Notes: generated from the sequence alone by a model not told the origin. DNA of 64,000 nucleotides from Candidatus Marinacidobacterales bacterium (GCA_965219415.1 OZ244742.1:2004712-2068711), one strand, 5' to 3'; shown: positions 10,175 through 21,585, numbered from the stretch's first letter. Translations and numbers: made by a program.

Positions 10175-11950
10175 CTACCTTCCGAAATTTTTCTCGATTT
10201 GCTCGCGATCGAGCCTGAGGGTGGTGGGTCGACCGTGGGGGCACACGGTTGGCTGCCTGGCTCTCCATAGCCGATCGAGGATGAAACGAATCTTCTCCTG
10301 GGCGAGCGGGTTGTTGACTTTGATCGCAGCGTGGCATGCGATGCGAGCGGCGATTCTTCCCTCCGCTTCGGCGATCGAAGACCCTCGGCAATCCTGTTCT
10401 CGCTCCGCGAGGGCGGAGCGTATGAGCTTGCCGGCATCCAAGCCGGAAAGGGGCGCGGGAACCGCTCGGACGACATAGCTTCTGCCACCGAAGTGCTCGA
10501 TATCGAAACCGTAGGATTGAATCCGAATCATCTCTTCATCGAGCGTAATCTGCTCGGCCACCGAGAACTCGAGCTGCAGTGGAGTGAGAAGAAGTTGTTG
10601 TTGCGGCCGCTCCTGGTCCGGTCGTGCCAGAAGCTCCTCGTAGAGAATGCGCTCGTGGGCTGCGTGCTGGTCGACGAGCCATACGCTTTCGTCATCGATC
10701 GCCAGGATAAAGCTTTCTCGGAACTGACCGAGTGGCATCGGGGGCACATCGGCAAACTCCGTGAATGTCTGCGGCGTGGCCTGCTGAGCTTTACGAGCTT
10801 GGTCTGCCCCGAGAACGGCCTCCGCGAGTGCCATTCCCCCCATGTAAGGTGTTCCCCGATCCGCGACCTGCGTCGTCCGCCCCGGCCACCCACCGATTTC
10901 CGTAGGCGCTATCGGTGCGGTCGTCGGCGCCCAATCTCGGCCTACCGCCAGCTCTGGTGCCCTTCCCTCCGCGTGGAGCACGTTTCGCACCACCGAGAAC
11001 ACTGAATCGTGCACGAACTGCTGGTCGACGAAGCGGACTTCCGTCTTCCCCGGGTGCACGTTCACGTCCAGCTTATCGGGCGGGAGCTCCAGGAAAAGAT
11101 AGAGCAACGGCGTGCCCTGTTTAGTCGATACCTGCCGATAGGCCTCGAGCACGGCGTGTGTGAGGATTCGATCCTTGACGGGTCGCCCGTTGACAAAAAC
11201 ATGAAGGCGGCTCGCGGCCCCCCGCGCTTCGGCAGGTGGAGAAAGCCATGCGGTCAAGTGAAGTCCTCCTACGGACTCATCGAGAGACACCGCGCCTTCC
11301 ACCCAGCCTCCTTCGAGCTGGAAGATTCTTTCCCTCCTCGCCGCTACCGGTGGGGTGTCGAGCACCTTCCGACCGCGATGCTCCAGACGGAAATGAACCT
11401 CGGGGTGAGCCGCGGCCAAGTTCGACATCAACGCTGCAATGTGTGACGACTCTGTGACATCGGTGCGAAGAAACTTCCGGCGCGCGGGCACGTTGAAGAA
11501 GAGGCGGCGGACCTCCACGATGGTTCCGCGCGGCATGCCGATCTCGCCCTCGCTGACGATACTTCCCCCCTCCACAACGAGTTCGCGGCCGGCGGCACTC
11601 TCCTCGTCGCGCGTGCGGATCGAGAAGTGAGAAACCGACGCGATAGCGGGAAGGGCCTCTCCGCGGAAACCCAAAGTATTGATTTGCGAAAGCTGTTCTG
11701 CCGTCTGTATCTTGCTCGTGGCGTGTCGCTCGAGCGCGAGCCGGGCGTCTTCCGGAGCCATTCCGACGCCATCGTCGACGACCCGGATCCGATCCTTACC
11801 GCTTTTTTCGATGAGGACAAAAACGGAGCGCGCCGAGGCGTCGAGAGAGTTCTCGACGAGCTCTTTAACGACCGAGGATGGCCGTTCTACGACCTCACCA
11901 GCTGCGATCTGGCTCGCCAGTGCTTCGGGTAATACTCTGACCTTGGACAC
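10175..11950 (-). CDS. mutL: DNA mismatch repair protein MutL
   Basis: QIAAGEVVERP, KELVENSLDA, GFRGEAL, DQHAAHER endonuclease motif, ACH, CPHGRP. Confidence 0.98.
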   Translation of the reverse strand: MSKVRVLPEALASQIAAGEVVERPSSVVKELVENSLDASARSVFVLIEKSGKDRIRVVDDGVGMAPEDARLALERHATSKIQTAEQLSQINTLGFRGEALPAIASVSHFSIRTRDEESAAGRELVVEGGSIVSEGEIGMPRGTIVEVRRLFFNVPARRKFLRTDVTESSHIAALMSNLAAAHPEVHFRLEHRGRKVLDTPPVAARRERIFQLEGGWVEGAVSLDESVGGLHLTAWLSPPAEARGAASRLHVFVNGRPVKDRILTHAVLEAYRQVSTKQGTPLLYLFLELPPDKLDVNVHPGKTEVRFVDQQFVHDSVFSVVRNVLHAEGRAPELAVGRDWAPTTAPIAPTEIGGWPGRTTQVADRGTPYMGGMALAEAVLGADQARKAQQATPQTFTEFADVPPMPLGQFRESFILAIDDESVWLVDQHAAHERILYEELLARPDQERPQQQLLLTPLQLEFSVAEQITLDEEMIRIQSYGFDIEHFGGRSYVVRAVPAPLSGLDAGKLIRSALAEREQDCRGSSIAEAEGRIAARIACHAAIKVNNPLAQEKIRFILDRLWRARQPTVCPHGRPTTLRLDREQIEKNFGR

Positions 11951-11952
11951 GC

Positions 11953-14751
11953 CTACTTCGCGGCTTTCTCGATTTTCACGGCCTTATCTTTTTCGGGATG
12001 TTTATCACTTGGGCGGTCCGTTTCTTCGCTCTTCACTTCCCTCTCAGCCTCCGCGGCCTCTTCCAGAGCGGCTTGGGCGGCGGCCAACCGTGCTATCGGC
12101 ACGCGGTACGGCGAGCAACTCACGTAGTCGAGTCCGATACCGTTGAAGAAGCGGATGGAGTCTGGCTCGCCGCCATGCTCTCCGCAAATACCGACCTTCA
12201 GGTTGGGCCGGGCTCCCCGACCCCTTTCGGTAGCGGCGCGCACCAAGGTCCCCACCGCTTTAACATCGATACTCTCGAAAGGGTCCCTCTCCAGAATACC
12301 CATCTCAAGATAGATAGGGAGAAACTTACCGACATCGTCGCGGGAGAAACCGAAGGTCATCTGCGTCAGGTCGTTGGTGCCAAAAGAGAAAAACTCCGCC
12401 TCCGCGGCGATTTCATCGGCGATCAAAGCCGCCCGCGGCAACTCGATCATGGTTCCGACTTGGTAGTCGACATCGATCTTCTCCGCCGTCATCACCTCCC
12501 GGGCCACCTCTTCCACGATTTTCTTCTGCTGCTCGAGCTCCTTCACCATCCCCACCAGCGGGATCATGACTTCCGGCTTGGGGTCGCCGCCTTCTTTGGT
12601 GACGAGACAGGCCGCCTCGAAAATCGCACGTGTCTGCATGCGGGCGATCTCAGGATAGGTGATCCCCAGGCGGCATCCTCGGTGGCCAAGCATGGGGTTG
12701 AACTCGTGGAGCTCCTCCACTCGAACGAGTAGATTTTCGAGCCGTTCCACCTTTGCGCGATCCCGAATCTTTCCCAAAGTAAGCTCAGCGATCTGGCGCA
12801 TGAGATTCTCGCGTTTGGGAAGGAACTCATGGAGCGGCGGATCGAGTAACCGGATCGTGACCGGCAAGCCCTTCATCACACGGAAAAGGCCGACGAAATC
12901 GTCGCGCTGGAGAGGCGCCAGTTGGTCGAGATGTTTCTTCCTCTCCCTGGTCGTGGTGGCCAGGATCATTTTTTCTACGATCGGAAGCCGAGCCTCGGCG
13001 AAGAACATGTGCTCGGTGCGACACAACCCGATACCGCGGGCGCCGAATGCCAAGGCGGTTGCGGCATCCGTCGGCACGTCGGCGTTGGCGCGAATGCCCA
13101 AGCGCCGCTCCCCGTCGGCCCAGTCGAGGAGGGTGGCGAAATCTCGGTACATCTTGGATTTCTCCGGAGCGAGCTTTCCCTGCACGACCTGGATGATCTC
13201 GGAAGGCACGGTCGCCACCTCGGCAAGCATCACCTCGCCGGTCGAGCCGTCGATCGATATGACATCGCCTTCATTGATGGAAGTGCCGTTGATCTCGAGC
13301 TGTCTGGCGGCCAGATCGATGCGGAGACCGCCGCAACCCACCACGGCGGGCTTTCCCATCTGCCGGCCTACCACCGCGGCGTGAGACGTACGCCCCCCGG
13401 TCACGGTAAGGATCCCCTGGGCAGCGCTCATTCCGTGAACGTCGTCGGGAGATGTCTCGGTGCGAACCAGGAGCACGCGCTTCCCCGACATGGCCCAGTG
13501 CACGGCGTCGTCGGAATCGAAAACGACCTGGCCCGAGGCGGCACCCGGTGAGGCGGGAATTCCCTTGGCCGCCGGCTGGATGTCCCGGCGCGCTTGTGGA
13601 TCGAAGAGCGGATGTAGAAGCTGATTCAAGGACCTAGGCTCGACTCGAAAGAGCGCCTCCTTCCGCGTAATGATCCCTTCCTCCACCATGTCCACCGCGA
13701 TGCGAACCGCCGCCGGCCCGGTGCGCTTACCGCTTCGGGTCTGGAGCATGTAGAGCTTGCCTTCCTCGATGGTGAACTCGAAGTCCTGAACGTCTCGGTA
13801 ATGCCGCTCGAGTCTCTCGCCGATACCCATCAGCTCTTTGTACGCTTCCGGTAGGACGTTTTCGAGCTCGCGCATCGGCTGAGGGGTGCGGACTCCCGCG
13901 ACCACGTCCTCTCCCTGAGCATTCACCAGGAACTCACCGAAGAACTCTTTCTCTCCGGTTGCCGGGTCTCGGGTGAAACCCACGCCCGTCGCGGAGCGCG
14001 GCCCCAGGTTTCCGAAAACCATCTTCTGGACGTTCACGCCCGTTCCCAGGTTTTCGGGAATGTGGTAAATCCTCCGGTATTCTTTCGCCCGCGGGTTGTT
14101 CCAACTCTTGAAGACCGCGTCTCTCGCCAAAACGAGTTGCTGGCGAGTGTCCTGCGGAAACTCTGCGCCGGTATCTTTTTTCACCAAAGCCTTGAAGCGC
14201 TCGACGACTTCCTTGAGATGCGACGCGTCCAACCCCGCGTCGCTATCGACGCCGGCCGATCGCTTGACCACCTCGAGGAGGGTCTCGAAGAAGGAGGATT
14301 TGATGCCAAGTACGACTCCCGCGAACATCTGGATGAAACGCCGGTAGCTGTCGTAGGCAAACCGGCCGTCACCGGAAGCTTGCTGCAAACCCTCGACGGT
14401 GGCGTCGTTCATACCCAGATTGAGAATGGTGTCCATCATTCCCGGCATGGAGAACTTGGCGCCGCTGCGAACGGAAAGGAGGAGCGGTTTCTCCGGGTCA
14501 CCGAGCCTCTGTTCCGCCGCGTTTTCGAGGCGGGTCAAGGCAGCGAAAAACTCGCGCTCAATCTCGTCGGGCAGCTTCTGGTGCTGCGAGAATATGCGGC
14601 AGGCATCGGTGGAAAGCGTAAACCCGGGCGGGACAGGCAGGCCGGCGTTCGTCATCTCAGCCAGACCCGCACCCTTTCCTCCCAGGACGTCCTTCATGTC
14701 CCGGTGACCGTCGGCCTTGCCGTCGCCGAAGTAATAGATGTATTGCGACAT
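11953..14751 (-). CDS. ppdK: pyruvate, phosphate dikinase
   Basis: LGGKGAGLAEM, SVRSGAKFSMPGMMDTILNLG, GGRTSHAAVV, FSFGTNDLTQ, GICGEHGG. Confidence 0.98.
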   Translation of the reverse strand: MSQYIYYFGDGKADGHRDMKDVLGGKGAGLAEMTNAGLPVPPGFTLSTDACRIFSQHQKLPDEIEREFFAALTRLENAAEQRLGDPEKPLLLSVRSGAKFSMPGMMDTILNLGMNDATVEGLQQASGDGRFAYDSYRRFIQMFAGVVLGIKSSFFETLLEVVKRSAGVDSDAGLDASHLKEVVERFKALVKKDTGAEFPQDTRQQLVLARDAVFKSWNNPRAKEYRRIYHIPENLGTGVNVQKMVFGNLGPRSATGVGFTRDPATGEKEFFGEFLVNAQGEDVVAGVRTPQPMRELENVLPEAYKELMGIGERLERHYRDVQDFEFTIEEGKLYMLQTRSGKRTGPAAVRIAVDMVEEGIITRKEALFRVEPRSLNQLLHPLFDPQARRDIQPAAKGIPASPGAASGQVVFDSDDAVHWAMSGKRVLLVRTETSPDDVHGMSAAQGILTVTGGRTSHAAVVGRQMGKPAVVGCGGLRIDLAARQLEINGTSINEGDVISIDGSTGEVMLAEVATVPSEIIQVVQGKLAPEKSKMYRDFATLLDWADGERRLGIRANADVPTDAATALAFGARGIGLCRTEHMFFAEARLPIVEKMILATTTRERKKHLDQLAPLQRDDFVGLFRVMKGLPVTIRLLDPPLHEFLPKRENLMRQIAELTLGKIRDRAKVERLENLLVRVEELHEFNPMLGHRGCRLGITYPEIARMQTRAIFEAACLVTKEGGDPKPEVMIPLVGMVKELEQQKKIVEEVAREVMTAEKIDVDYQVGTMIELPRAALIADEIAAEAEFFSFGTNDLTQMTFGFSRDDVGKFLPIYLEMGILERDPFESIDVKAVGTLVRAATERGRGARPNLKVGICGEHGGEPDSIRFFNGIGLDYVSCSPYRVPIARLAAAQAALEEAAEAEREVKSEETDRPSDKHPEKDKAVKIEKAAK

Positions 14752-14769
14752 GGGTGCGTCTTCTGTGAC

Positions 14770-14873
14770 TCAGTGCGCGCTCACTCCTCGCTCGGCTGCC
14801 CGTCGTCGGCCCATTCGAGCCGGGCTCGCTCCGCTCGCGCAGGGTGCCGTGAGCTCCTTGGGCACCCTGCTAC
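14770..14873 (-). repeat. GTAG-type REP-like palindrome overlapping the glyS stop codon
   Basis: minus strand GTAGCAGGGTGCC-12 nt-GGCACCCTGC (10-bp stem 14839-14848/14861-14870) followed by GCGAGCGGAGCGAGC repeats. Confidence 0.55.
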
Positions 14874-17026
14874 TGGCCTGGGCCCGGTCCGGTCATGATC
14901 TCGGAGAGGTCCGCCACCCGCGTAAACAGGCCCTGGAGGGCATGTAGAAGCGCCAGGCGGTTCTCTTTGAGACGCCGGTCCGGTGCCATGACCAGGACTT
15001 TATCAAAAAAGGTGTCGACTTGCGGACGCAGCCGGGACAACACTCGCAGTGCTTCCTCGTACTGACGGGCGGCGATAAGCTCGGACGCCCGAGGCTCGAC
15101 CGCCTTGAACGCGGACCAGAGCTCCCTCTCCGCGTCTTCCGCAAACGCGTCGGGAGAGACAGCCGGTGGCTTCTCGTCCGAGAGGATGTTGCGTACTCTC
15201 TTGAAGGCGACGGAAAGAGCTTCGAAATCGTCTGACCCACGGAGCCCCGCTACGGCGGCCAACCGACGCTCGAGGTCTCCCACCGGAAGATCGAGAGCCC
15301 CCACCGCGAACACCGCACTGATTTCATCGAAACGAAAGTCGCGGCTGAACACGTAACGGAGTCGATCCTTCAGAAACTCCTCGAGAAGTTCTGCCGCCTT
15401 CGGGTCCACGCCGTCGCCGATTTGCTTCTTCACGATGCTGAAGGCTTCATCCAGTAGCTGCCGCAGGGTGACGTCGGGCTTCAAGCCCACTCGCTTCTCT
15501 CCTTCTAGAAGCATGCGAATGACACCCATCGCCTGTCGGCGAAGCGCGAAGGGATCTCTCGAACCGGTTGGGACGACCCCAGCGGAAAACATTCCGGCCA
15601 GACTGTCGAGCTTGTCCGCCAGCGACAAGACCGCGCCGGTGGCGTTGGCGGGAAAATCGGAGCGGCCTTCGAGAGTCAAGGGGCGATAGTGAGAGCCGAT
15701 CGCCTCGGAGACTTCCGGGGGCTCTCCTTGTTCCCGAGCGTAGAGCCCGCCCATGATCCCTTGAAGCTCCGGAAACTCCCCCACCATGCCGGTGGTCAGA
15801 TCGGACTTACCCAGACGCGCGGCGCGCTCCGCCTCTTTCACCGAAGAGCCGGTAGCCTGGGCGATCCAGCCAGCCAAGGGGACCATGCGGTCCACTTTGT
15901 CGCGGTAGCTTCCGAGCTTCTCGTGGCACAAGACCCCGCTCAGCTTATCGAGCCGACTTTCGAGGGGTCTCTTGAGGTCCTCGTTCCAAAAGAACTGAGC
16001 GTCCCGCAAACGGGCTACCACCACCCGCTCACTGCCCTTGCGGATATAGCCTGTTCGATCCGACGGCATATTGGTGACGGCGATGAAGGCGGGGGTCTTC
16101 TTTAATGGGATGTATTTCTGATGGTGAATGAGGACGGTGTACCTTACCGCCTCCGGGAGGGCGGTGAACTCCTTGGGGTACTTCCCGAGCACCGCTCCCG
16201 GCCACTCGACGAGATCGGCGAGTACTCTGGTCGTCAACGTTCCCAAGTCCGAAATCCTTTTGGCGCCCGCCTTCTTCTCGAGCTTGCCGATCTCCTTCTC
16301 GAGCCGGGTTTCTCGATCGTCGGGATCGAGCAAAACGGAATATTTCTTCAGTCGCTGGGTGAGATCACGAAACGAGCTCACCGGGAAGGGCGCGTTCGGT
16401 TTCTTGCCTTGTGGTGCTAGAAAACGATGCCCGCGCGTCTTGTTGCCCGCTCGCAGGCTTCCGTTCCCCAGGGTCCGGATCTCGAATGGAACCACCTTTT
16501 GCCCAAAGAGGCACACCATCCAACGGATGGGCCTTCCAAAAGGGAAAGCACCTCGACCGTCGGCAATCTCCGCGTCCCAGTTCATGAACTTGGGGAAGCT
16601 CAGGTTACGGAGCGTCTCCGCCATGATGGAAGGAAGAAGCTTGAGCGTCTTCTTTCCTTTCACCTCTCGGACGAAGCCGACGTACTCCCCCTTCTTGGTC
16701 GTCAAGAGCTTGAGCTTCGCTGGCTGGAGCTGGTTCTTGCGGGCGAAACCAAGGGCCGCCTTACTCCATTCACCGCTTTCGGTCTTAGCGATAGAGACTG
16801 GTGGTCCAGTGACTTGCTCCCGGCGGTCGAGCTCTTTCTCTGCGAGCTTCGGTACGTGAACGACCAGGCGACGGAGCGTCCCGCTGACTTCGACCTCGGC
16901 CTCCCCGAGATCATGCTGCTGCAGTTGTTTCTGGAACTCTTTACCTAGCTGCGCGAGAGTGTCCGGCAGCCAACCGGCAGGAAACTCCTCGCAGCCGATT
17001 TCCCAAAGGAACGGGACGTTCTTCAT
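14870..17026 (-). CDS. glyS: glycine--tRNA ligase beta subunit
   Basis: [53 protein letters not shown]. Confidence 0.98.
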   Translation of the reverse strand: MKNVPFLWEIGCEEFPAGWLPDTLAQLGKEFQKQLQQHDLGEAEVEVSGTLRRLVVHVPKLAEKELDRREQVTGPPVSIAKTESGEWSKAALGFARKNQLQPAKLKLLTTKKGEYVGFVREVKGKKTLKLLPSIMAETLRNLSFPKFMNWDAEIADGRGAFPFGRPIRWMVCLFGQKVVPFEIRTLGNGSLRAGNKTRGHRFLAPQGKKPNAPFPVSSFRDLTQRLKKYSVLLDPDDRETRLEKEIGKLEKKAGAKRISDLGTLTTRVLADLVEWPGAVLGKYPKEFTALPEAVRYTVLIHHQKYIPLKKTPAFIAVTNMPSDRTGYIRKGSERVVVARLRDAQFFWNEDLKRPLESRLDKLSGVLCHEKLGSYRDKVDRMVPLAGWIAQATGSSVKEAERAARLGKSDLTTGMVGEFPELQGIMGGLYAREQGEPPEVSEAIGSHYRPLTLEGRSDFPANATGAVLSLADKLDSLAGMFSAGVVPTGSRDPFALRRQAMGVIRMLLEGEKRVGLKPDVTLRQLLDEAFSIVKKQIGDGVDPKAAELLEEFLKDRLRYVFSRDFRFDEISAVFAVGALDLPVGDLERRLAAVAGLRGSDDFEALSVAFKRVRNILSDEKPPAVSPDAFAEDAERELWSAFKAVEPRASELIAARQYEEALRVLSRLRPQVDTFFDKVLVMAPDRRLKENRLALLHALQGLFTRVADLSEIMTGPGPGQ

Positions 17027-17904
17027 GACGCCGCTTGATCGAGGGTGGCCACGTTGGGGGCGGGCGAAGTGGCATCGACATACACTTGGGCGACGCGACA
17101 GGCTAGGTCGCGTACCTTCAGGATGTGTGCGGTTCTTTCGCTGACCGAAAGTGCACCCCGGGCATCCAAGGTATTAAAGATGTGAGAGCACTTTAGAACC
17201 GCCTCATAGGCGGCCACGTAAAGCCCCTGGCTCAGTAGGCGTTCGCCCTCGATGCGGTACTCCTCGAAGTGCCGCCGGAACAGCTCGACGTTCGCTACCT
17301 CGAAACTAAAGCGAGAGCCTTCGAACTCGTCGCGATGCCTGACTTGACGGTACGTCACGCCGGGAGCCCATTCGAGATCGTAGACGTCGTCGACTCCTTG
17401 GAGATACATGTCGAAACGTTCGAGCCCGTATGTGATCTCGACCGAAATGGGAGCCAGCTCGATACCACCAGATTGTTGGAAATACGTGAATTGAGTGATC
17501 TCGAGTCCATCGAGCAGTACCTGCCACCCGATGCCCCAAGCTCCCAGAGTCGGCGACTCCCAGTTGTCCTCCTCGAAACGAATGTCGTGAAGGCGGGGAT
17601 CGATCCCGCATGCCTTGAGGCTTTCCAAATAGACATCCTGAATATCCGCCGGTGCCGGCTTCAAGATGAGCTGTAGCTGGTAATGCTTGTAGAGACGGTT
17701 GGGATTCTCCCCGTAGCGCCCATCCGCCGGCCGGCGAGACGGCTGCACGTAGACGACGCGCCACGGTTCGGGGCCCAGGACCCGAAAGAAGGTCTCCGGG
17801 TGCATCGTTCCCGCACCCATCTCTTGATCGTAGGGTTGGTGCACCACGACGCCACGCGACGCCCAAAAGCGTGACAACGAGAGAACGAGATCCTGAAATA
17901 TCAC
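17023..17904 (-). CDS. glyQ: glycine--tRNA ligase alpha subunit
   Basis: [49 protein letters not shown]. Confidence 0.99.
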   Translation of the reverse strand: MIFQDLVLSLSRFWASRGVVVHQPYDQEMGAGTMHPETFFRVLGPEPWRVVYVQPSRRPADGRYGENPNRLYKHYQLQLILKPAPADIQDVYLESLKACGIDPRLHDIRFEEDNWESPTLGAWGIGWQVLLDGLEITQFTYFQQSGGIELAPISVEITYGLERFDMYLQGVDDVYDLEWAPGVTYRQVRHRDEFEGSRFSFEVANVELFRRHFEEYRIEGERLLSQGLYVAAYEAVLKCSHIFNTLDARGALSVSERTAHILKVRDLACRVAQVYVDATSPAPNVATLDQAAS

Positions 17905-18674
17905 CTTCTCTTCTCCAGTCGCAGCATATCGTCGAGTACCTGTAGGGAGTTCGGCTCTCTGTCGAGCTGCTGTCCGATCAGCCTGCGATTCAGCTTCGAT
18001 ATCTCATCCAACACTTGCTCTGCTTCCTGTGCAGGCGGTGCGTGCAGCTCTCCGGGCGCTCGGTGCCAGATCTGCTCCAGATATCGAAGCGAGCCGGGAG
18101 ACAGCGGGACTCCGTTCCGAGCTCCGCGTCCACAGCGAGTACATCGGAGCTGGTGCTCATCGATCACGTAGTGTGCACCGTCTTGGATGAGCTTCGTCCC
18201 GCAGGCCGAGCAAGTCTGCCCCGTCGGGTAAAACCCTCCCAGTCTCAGCACCCAAGCCTCGAAGTAGCGTGCGAGACCCGTCGGGTCGGTGCCGCTGGTG
18301 AGCGAAGCAGCAGCTGCCTTCATCAGACGGTACAACTTGGCGTTCGGTTCCCGATCGGGCGCGAACGAATCGACCAAGTCTGCGAAATATGCCAGTGTGC
18401 ACGCGTGGAGTGGATCTCCTGCATGGGAGAAACCGGAGCGAATTATATCACAGCGATCGACGCTCACCACTTCACGACTCTCTTTTTCAAAGAACGTGAG
18501 CTCGATCTCGGTCCCGATCTCCAGGCTTCCACCGAATTTCGAGCGCGGTCGCCGTGCCCCTTTCGCACGGCCTTGGATCTTCCCATGCTGGCGGGTCAGG
18601 AAGACGACCAACTTGTCCGCCTCACCGACTCGGTAGGTGCGAAGGACGATCGCTTCGCTGTGACGAACGGGCAT
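17901..18674 (-). CDS. recO: DNA repair protein RecO
   Basis: [24 protein letters not shown], CxxC zinc motifs; ATG 18674. Confidence 0.95.
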   Translation of the reverse strand: MPVRHSEAIVLRTYRVGEADKLVVFLTRQHGKIQGRAKGARRPRSKFGGSLEIGTEIELTFFEKESREVVSVDRCDIIRSGFSHAGDPLHACTLAYFADLVDSFAPDREPNAKLYRLMKAAAASLTSGTDPTGLARYFEAWVLRLGGFYPTGQTCSACGTKLIQDGAHYVIDEHQLRCTRCGRGARNGVPLSPGSLRYLEQIWHRAPGELHAPPAQEAEQVLDEISKLNRRLIGQQLDREPNSLQVLDDMLRLEKRR

Positions 18675-18681
18675 GACTCGC

Positions 18682-20043
18682 TCAGACGATACGTCCGAGA
18701 AAGCGCGCTCCAAGCCCGAGGAAAAATAGGAACCCAAAGACGTCGGTCGCGGTGGTGACGAAGACCGAGGATGCGAGGGCAGGATCCACCTTGAGGGCTC
18801 GTAGCGCTAAAGGCACGAGCGTTCCCATGACCGCCGCCACCAGGAGATTACCCACCATGGCTAGGCCGATGACGAAACCGAGCACGGGACTGCCTTTCCA
18901 GAAGAAGGCGACCAAGGCCACTAGCGCCCCGATCACAATTCCGTTGATGAGCCCGACCAGCATTTCTTTGACCAGCGCCTTCCGGCTGTTCGACCAACTC
19001 AATTCCCCGAGAGCGATCCCTCGAACCATGACGGTCAGCGTTTGGGTGCCAGCGTTGCCCCCCAGAAGGGGCACGATGGGCATGAAGACGGCTAGCACGG
19101 CGAATTTTTGAATGGTGTCTTCGAAAAGACTCACCACCAGCGCCGCCAGGAAAGCGGTGGCCAAGTTGAGCCCCAGCCACGGAATCCGCATGCGGACCGA
19201 GGTCCCGGGTGAGCTGAACACTCTTTCATGGGCGTCCAAGCCAGCTAGGCGATAGATATCCTCGGTGGCCTCTTCCTTGATGACGTCGATGACGTCATCA
19301 ACGGTAATCAGCCCGACCAACTTGTTCTCTTCGTCCACGACGGGCATGGCCAGGATGTTGTACGAATCGACGAGCCGGGCAACGTCCTCCTGGTCGGTGT
19401 CGGTCCGAACGCTGATGACGGTCGGGACCATGATATCCTTGAGCCGCCTCTCTGGACGCTTCAGCAAGAGCTGGCGCAGCGATAGGACACCCACCAGGTG
19501 GTTCCGATCGTCCACGACATATATGTAGAAGGCCATCTCCACCTCACCCATGGTTTGGAGCCGGGTGATGGCCTCGCCCACCGTGGTGTCCTCGTGCAAC
19601 GAGAACACGTTCGGGTTCATGATGCGGCCGGCGGTCTGCTCCGGATATTGGAGTAGATCCTGAACTTCTGCGGCGTCTTTCTGCCGCATGGCCCCGAGGA
19701 TCTCTTCCCGGCTCTCCGCCGGGAGATAGCCCACGAACTCGGCTGCGTCGTCCGGATCCAGCTCCTGGAGAAGTTTCGAGATCTCCTCGGGCGACATGTC
19801 GAGCAGCAGCTCGGCGCCCCGGTCCACGCCCAGCTCGGAAAGGGCTTCGCTGGCTAGACTGAGATCCCTTTGGACGAGAAGTTCGAAAGTGACCTTGCGG
19901 GAGTTTTCGTGAAGCTCGCCGAGAAGCTCAGCGATGTCCGAGGGATGGAGCTTGCTCAGGATGTTGTAGGCGTTGGGTGTAGCACCACGCCCGACGAGCT
20001 TCCGGACCGTTTCGGCGAGTAGAGGGGTCTTGGTCAGAGGCAT
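18682..20043 (-). CDS. mgtE: magnesium transporter MgtE
   Basis: N domain, CBS pair, GGNAGTQ and DPALASSVFVTTATDV motifs. Confidence 0.97.
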   Translation of the reverse strand: MPLTKTPLLAETVRKLVGRGATPNAYNILSKLHPSDIAELLGELHENSRKVTFELLVQRDLSLASEALSELGVDRGAELLLDMSPEEISKLLQELDPDDAAEFVGYLPAESREEILGAMRQKDAAEVQDLLQYPEQTAGRIMNPNVFSLHEDTTVGEAITRLQTMGEVEMAFYIYVVDDRNHLVGVLSLRQLLLKRPERRLKDIMVPTVISVRTDTDQEDVARLVDSYNILAMPVVDEENKLVGLITVDDVIDVIKEEATEDIYRLAGLDAHERVFSSPGTSVRMRIPWLGLNLATAFLAALVVSLFEDTIQKFAVLAVFMPIVPLLGGNAGTQTLTVMVRGIALGELSWSNSRKALVKEMLVGLINGIVIGALVALVAFFWKGSPVLGFVIGLAMVGNLLVAAVMGTLVPLALRALKVDPALASSVFVTTATDVFGFLFFLGLGARFLGRIV

Positions 20044-20170
20044 CGATACAACCCGATGGCAAGCATTCAGACATGAGCGGCCCAGCTTACCATACGGAGT
20101 ATGGCTTGGCCAGCACTGTGGCCCATATCCCGCGCATCATGTATGATAGAGCGATCCTTCTCACAACCCT

Positions 20171-21199
20171 TTGTTTCCCGGTAACGGAGTAACTGCGATC
20201 GATTCCTGGCGCAAACAGCTCGACTCCCCGTGGCTTGGGCCAGGGTTGGGTGTGCTGGCCGGACTCACGTATGGGCTGGTCGCCCGGTTTGCCTTCTCGG
20301 TGTCTGCCATCATGGGCGTCTGGGGCATCATGACCCTGGGCTTCATCTTCTGGCTCCCGATGGCCCTCGGTGCGTTGACGGTTTTCATCGCGCAGAGGAA
20401 AGCCGAGAGGACATGGATCTTTTCGATCTTCCTTCCCTGGATACCAGCACTGTTGGGTATCGGGTCCGCCGTACTCTTGGGCTGGGAGGGGACGATTTGC
20501 GTCGTCATGGCGTTGCCGGTCTACCTGCTCATGGCCAGCCTGGGTGGATATCTCGTTTGGCTCGGAACACGCCGCACTCTCCCATCAACCCCCAGCACCG
20601 TTCTGGTGGCGACACTCGCGATCTTGCCGTTCCTCTCTGCGCAGATCGAGCAAAACTTCGAGCTTCCGATTACCCACCGCCAGGTGAAGACCGAGATTCT
20701 CATCGAAGCGTCCCCGTCGACGGTTTGGCAGAACATCATTCGGGTTCCAACGATCCGGGAAAGCGAGCAACGGAGGATTTCGTTTCATGTGCTGGGTTTT
20801 CCGAAACCCGTGGAGGCTACTCTCAGCCATGAGGGAGTCGGAGGCATCCGACACGCGAGCTTCGAGGGTGGGCTGGTCTTCGTCGAGACGATCACCGAGT
20901 GGGAGCCGGAGGAGAAGTTGGCCTTCGGCATTTACGTTGATCCCGAGTTGGTTCCCGCAACGACCTTGGATGAGCATGTCGTGGTGGGTGGGCCTTTCTT
21001 CGAGACGCTGGACGGCCGCTACCGTATCGAGCCTTTGGAGGAGGGCGGAGTGATGCTTCATCTGGAGAGCACCCACCGTCTCTCCACACGGTTCAACTTC
21101 TACTCCCAGTGGTGGAGCGATCTAATAATGAGGGATATCCAAGATTACATTCTGGTGATTCTCAAGGAGCGGTGTGAGGGTCAAGAGGAAGGAGTCTGA
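20171..21199 (+). CDS. membrane protein with C-terminal SRPBCC (polyketide cyclase-like) domain
   Basis: several TM helices with EGTICVVMALP; VKTEILIEASPSTVWQNI, GFPKPVEATL, FVETITEWEP. Confidence 0.8.
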   Translation: MFPGNGVTAIDSWRKQLDSPWLGPGLGVLAGLTYGLVARFAFSVSAIMGVWGIMTLGFIFWLPMALGALTVFIAQRKAERTWIFSIFLPWIPALLGIGSAVLLGWEGTICVVMALPVYLLMASLGGYLVWLGTRRTLPSTPSTVLVATLAILPFLSAQIEQNFELPITHRQVKTEILIEASPSTVWQNIIRVPTIRESEQRRISFHVLGFPKPVEATLSHEGVGGIRHASFEGGLVFVETITEWEPEEKLAFGIYVDPELVPATTLDEHVVVGGPFFETLDGRYRIEPLEEGGVMLHLESTHRLSTRFNFYSQWWSDLIMRDIQDYILVILKERCEGQEEGV

Positions 21200-21245
21200 G
21201 TATTCACGATCACGCACTCATCTGTTCGAGCGGTCGCACCTCGCG

Positions 21246-21515
21246 CTAAATCTTCGCGAATTTCTTTCTCTCGGTTTCCTCCAGGTCGTAGTCCATCTGG
21301 AGCCCAAGCCAGAAACGGCTCGAAGTACCAAAGTAGCGCGACAACCGGAGGGCCGTATCCGGTGTGACCGAGCGCTTGCCCAACATAATTTCGTTGATCC
21401 GCCGCGGTGGCACGCCGATCTCCCTCGCTAGACGGTTCTGGCTAATCTCCAGGGGATCAAGGAACTCCTCCAAGAGTACCTCGCCAGGATGAATATTCGG
21501 TAGCTTCCTCGTCAT
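21246..21515 (-). CDS. higA: HigA family addiction-module antitoxin (HTH-XRE)
   Basis: IHPGEVLLEEFL, RINEIMLGKRSVTPDTALRL, FWLGLQMDYDL; GGAGGT RBS. Confidence 0.95.
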   Translation of the reverse strand: MTRKLPNIHPGEVLLEEFLDPLEISQNRLAREIGVPPRRINEIMLGKRSVTPDTALRLSRYFGTSSRFWLGLQMDYDLEETERKKFAKI

Positions 21516-21527
21516 TCCATACCTCCG

Positions 21528-21566
21528 TTATCGATGGTAGTCGACGATCTCGACGTCGTGCGCATT
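21528..21566 (-). pseudogene. higB: C-terminal stub of HigB toxin (NAHDVEIVDYHR*)
   Basis: the DVEIVDYH end typical of HigB sits immediately upstream of higA; the rest of the gene is absent. Confidence 0.8.
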
Positions 21567-21585
21567 ATAACGTCAACCGTTATAA
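21565..21585. promoter_or_regulatory. putative HigA operator palindrome
   Basis: TTATAACG-TCAAC-CGTTATAA perfect 8-bp inverted repeat overlapping a minus-strand TATAAT. Confidence 0.65.
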
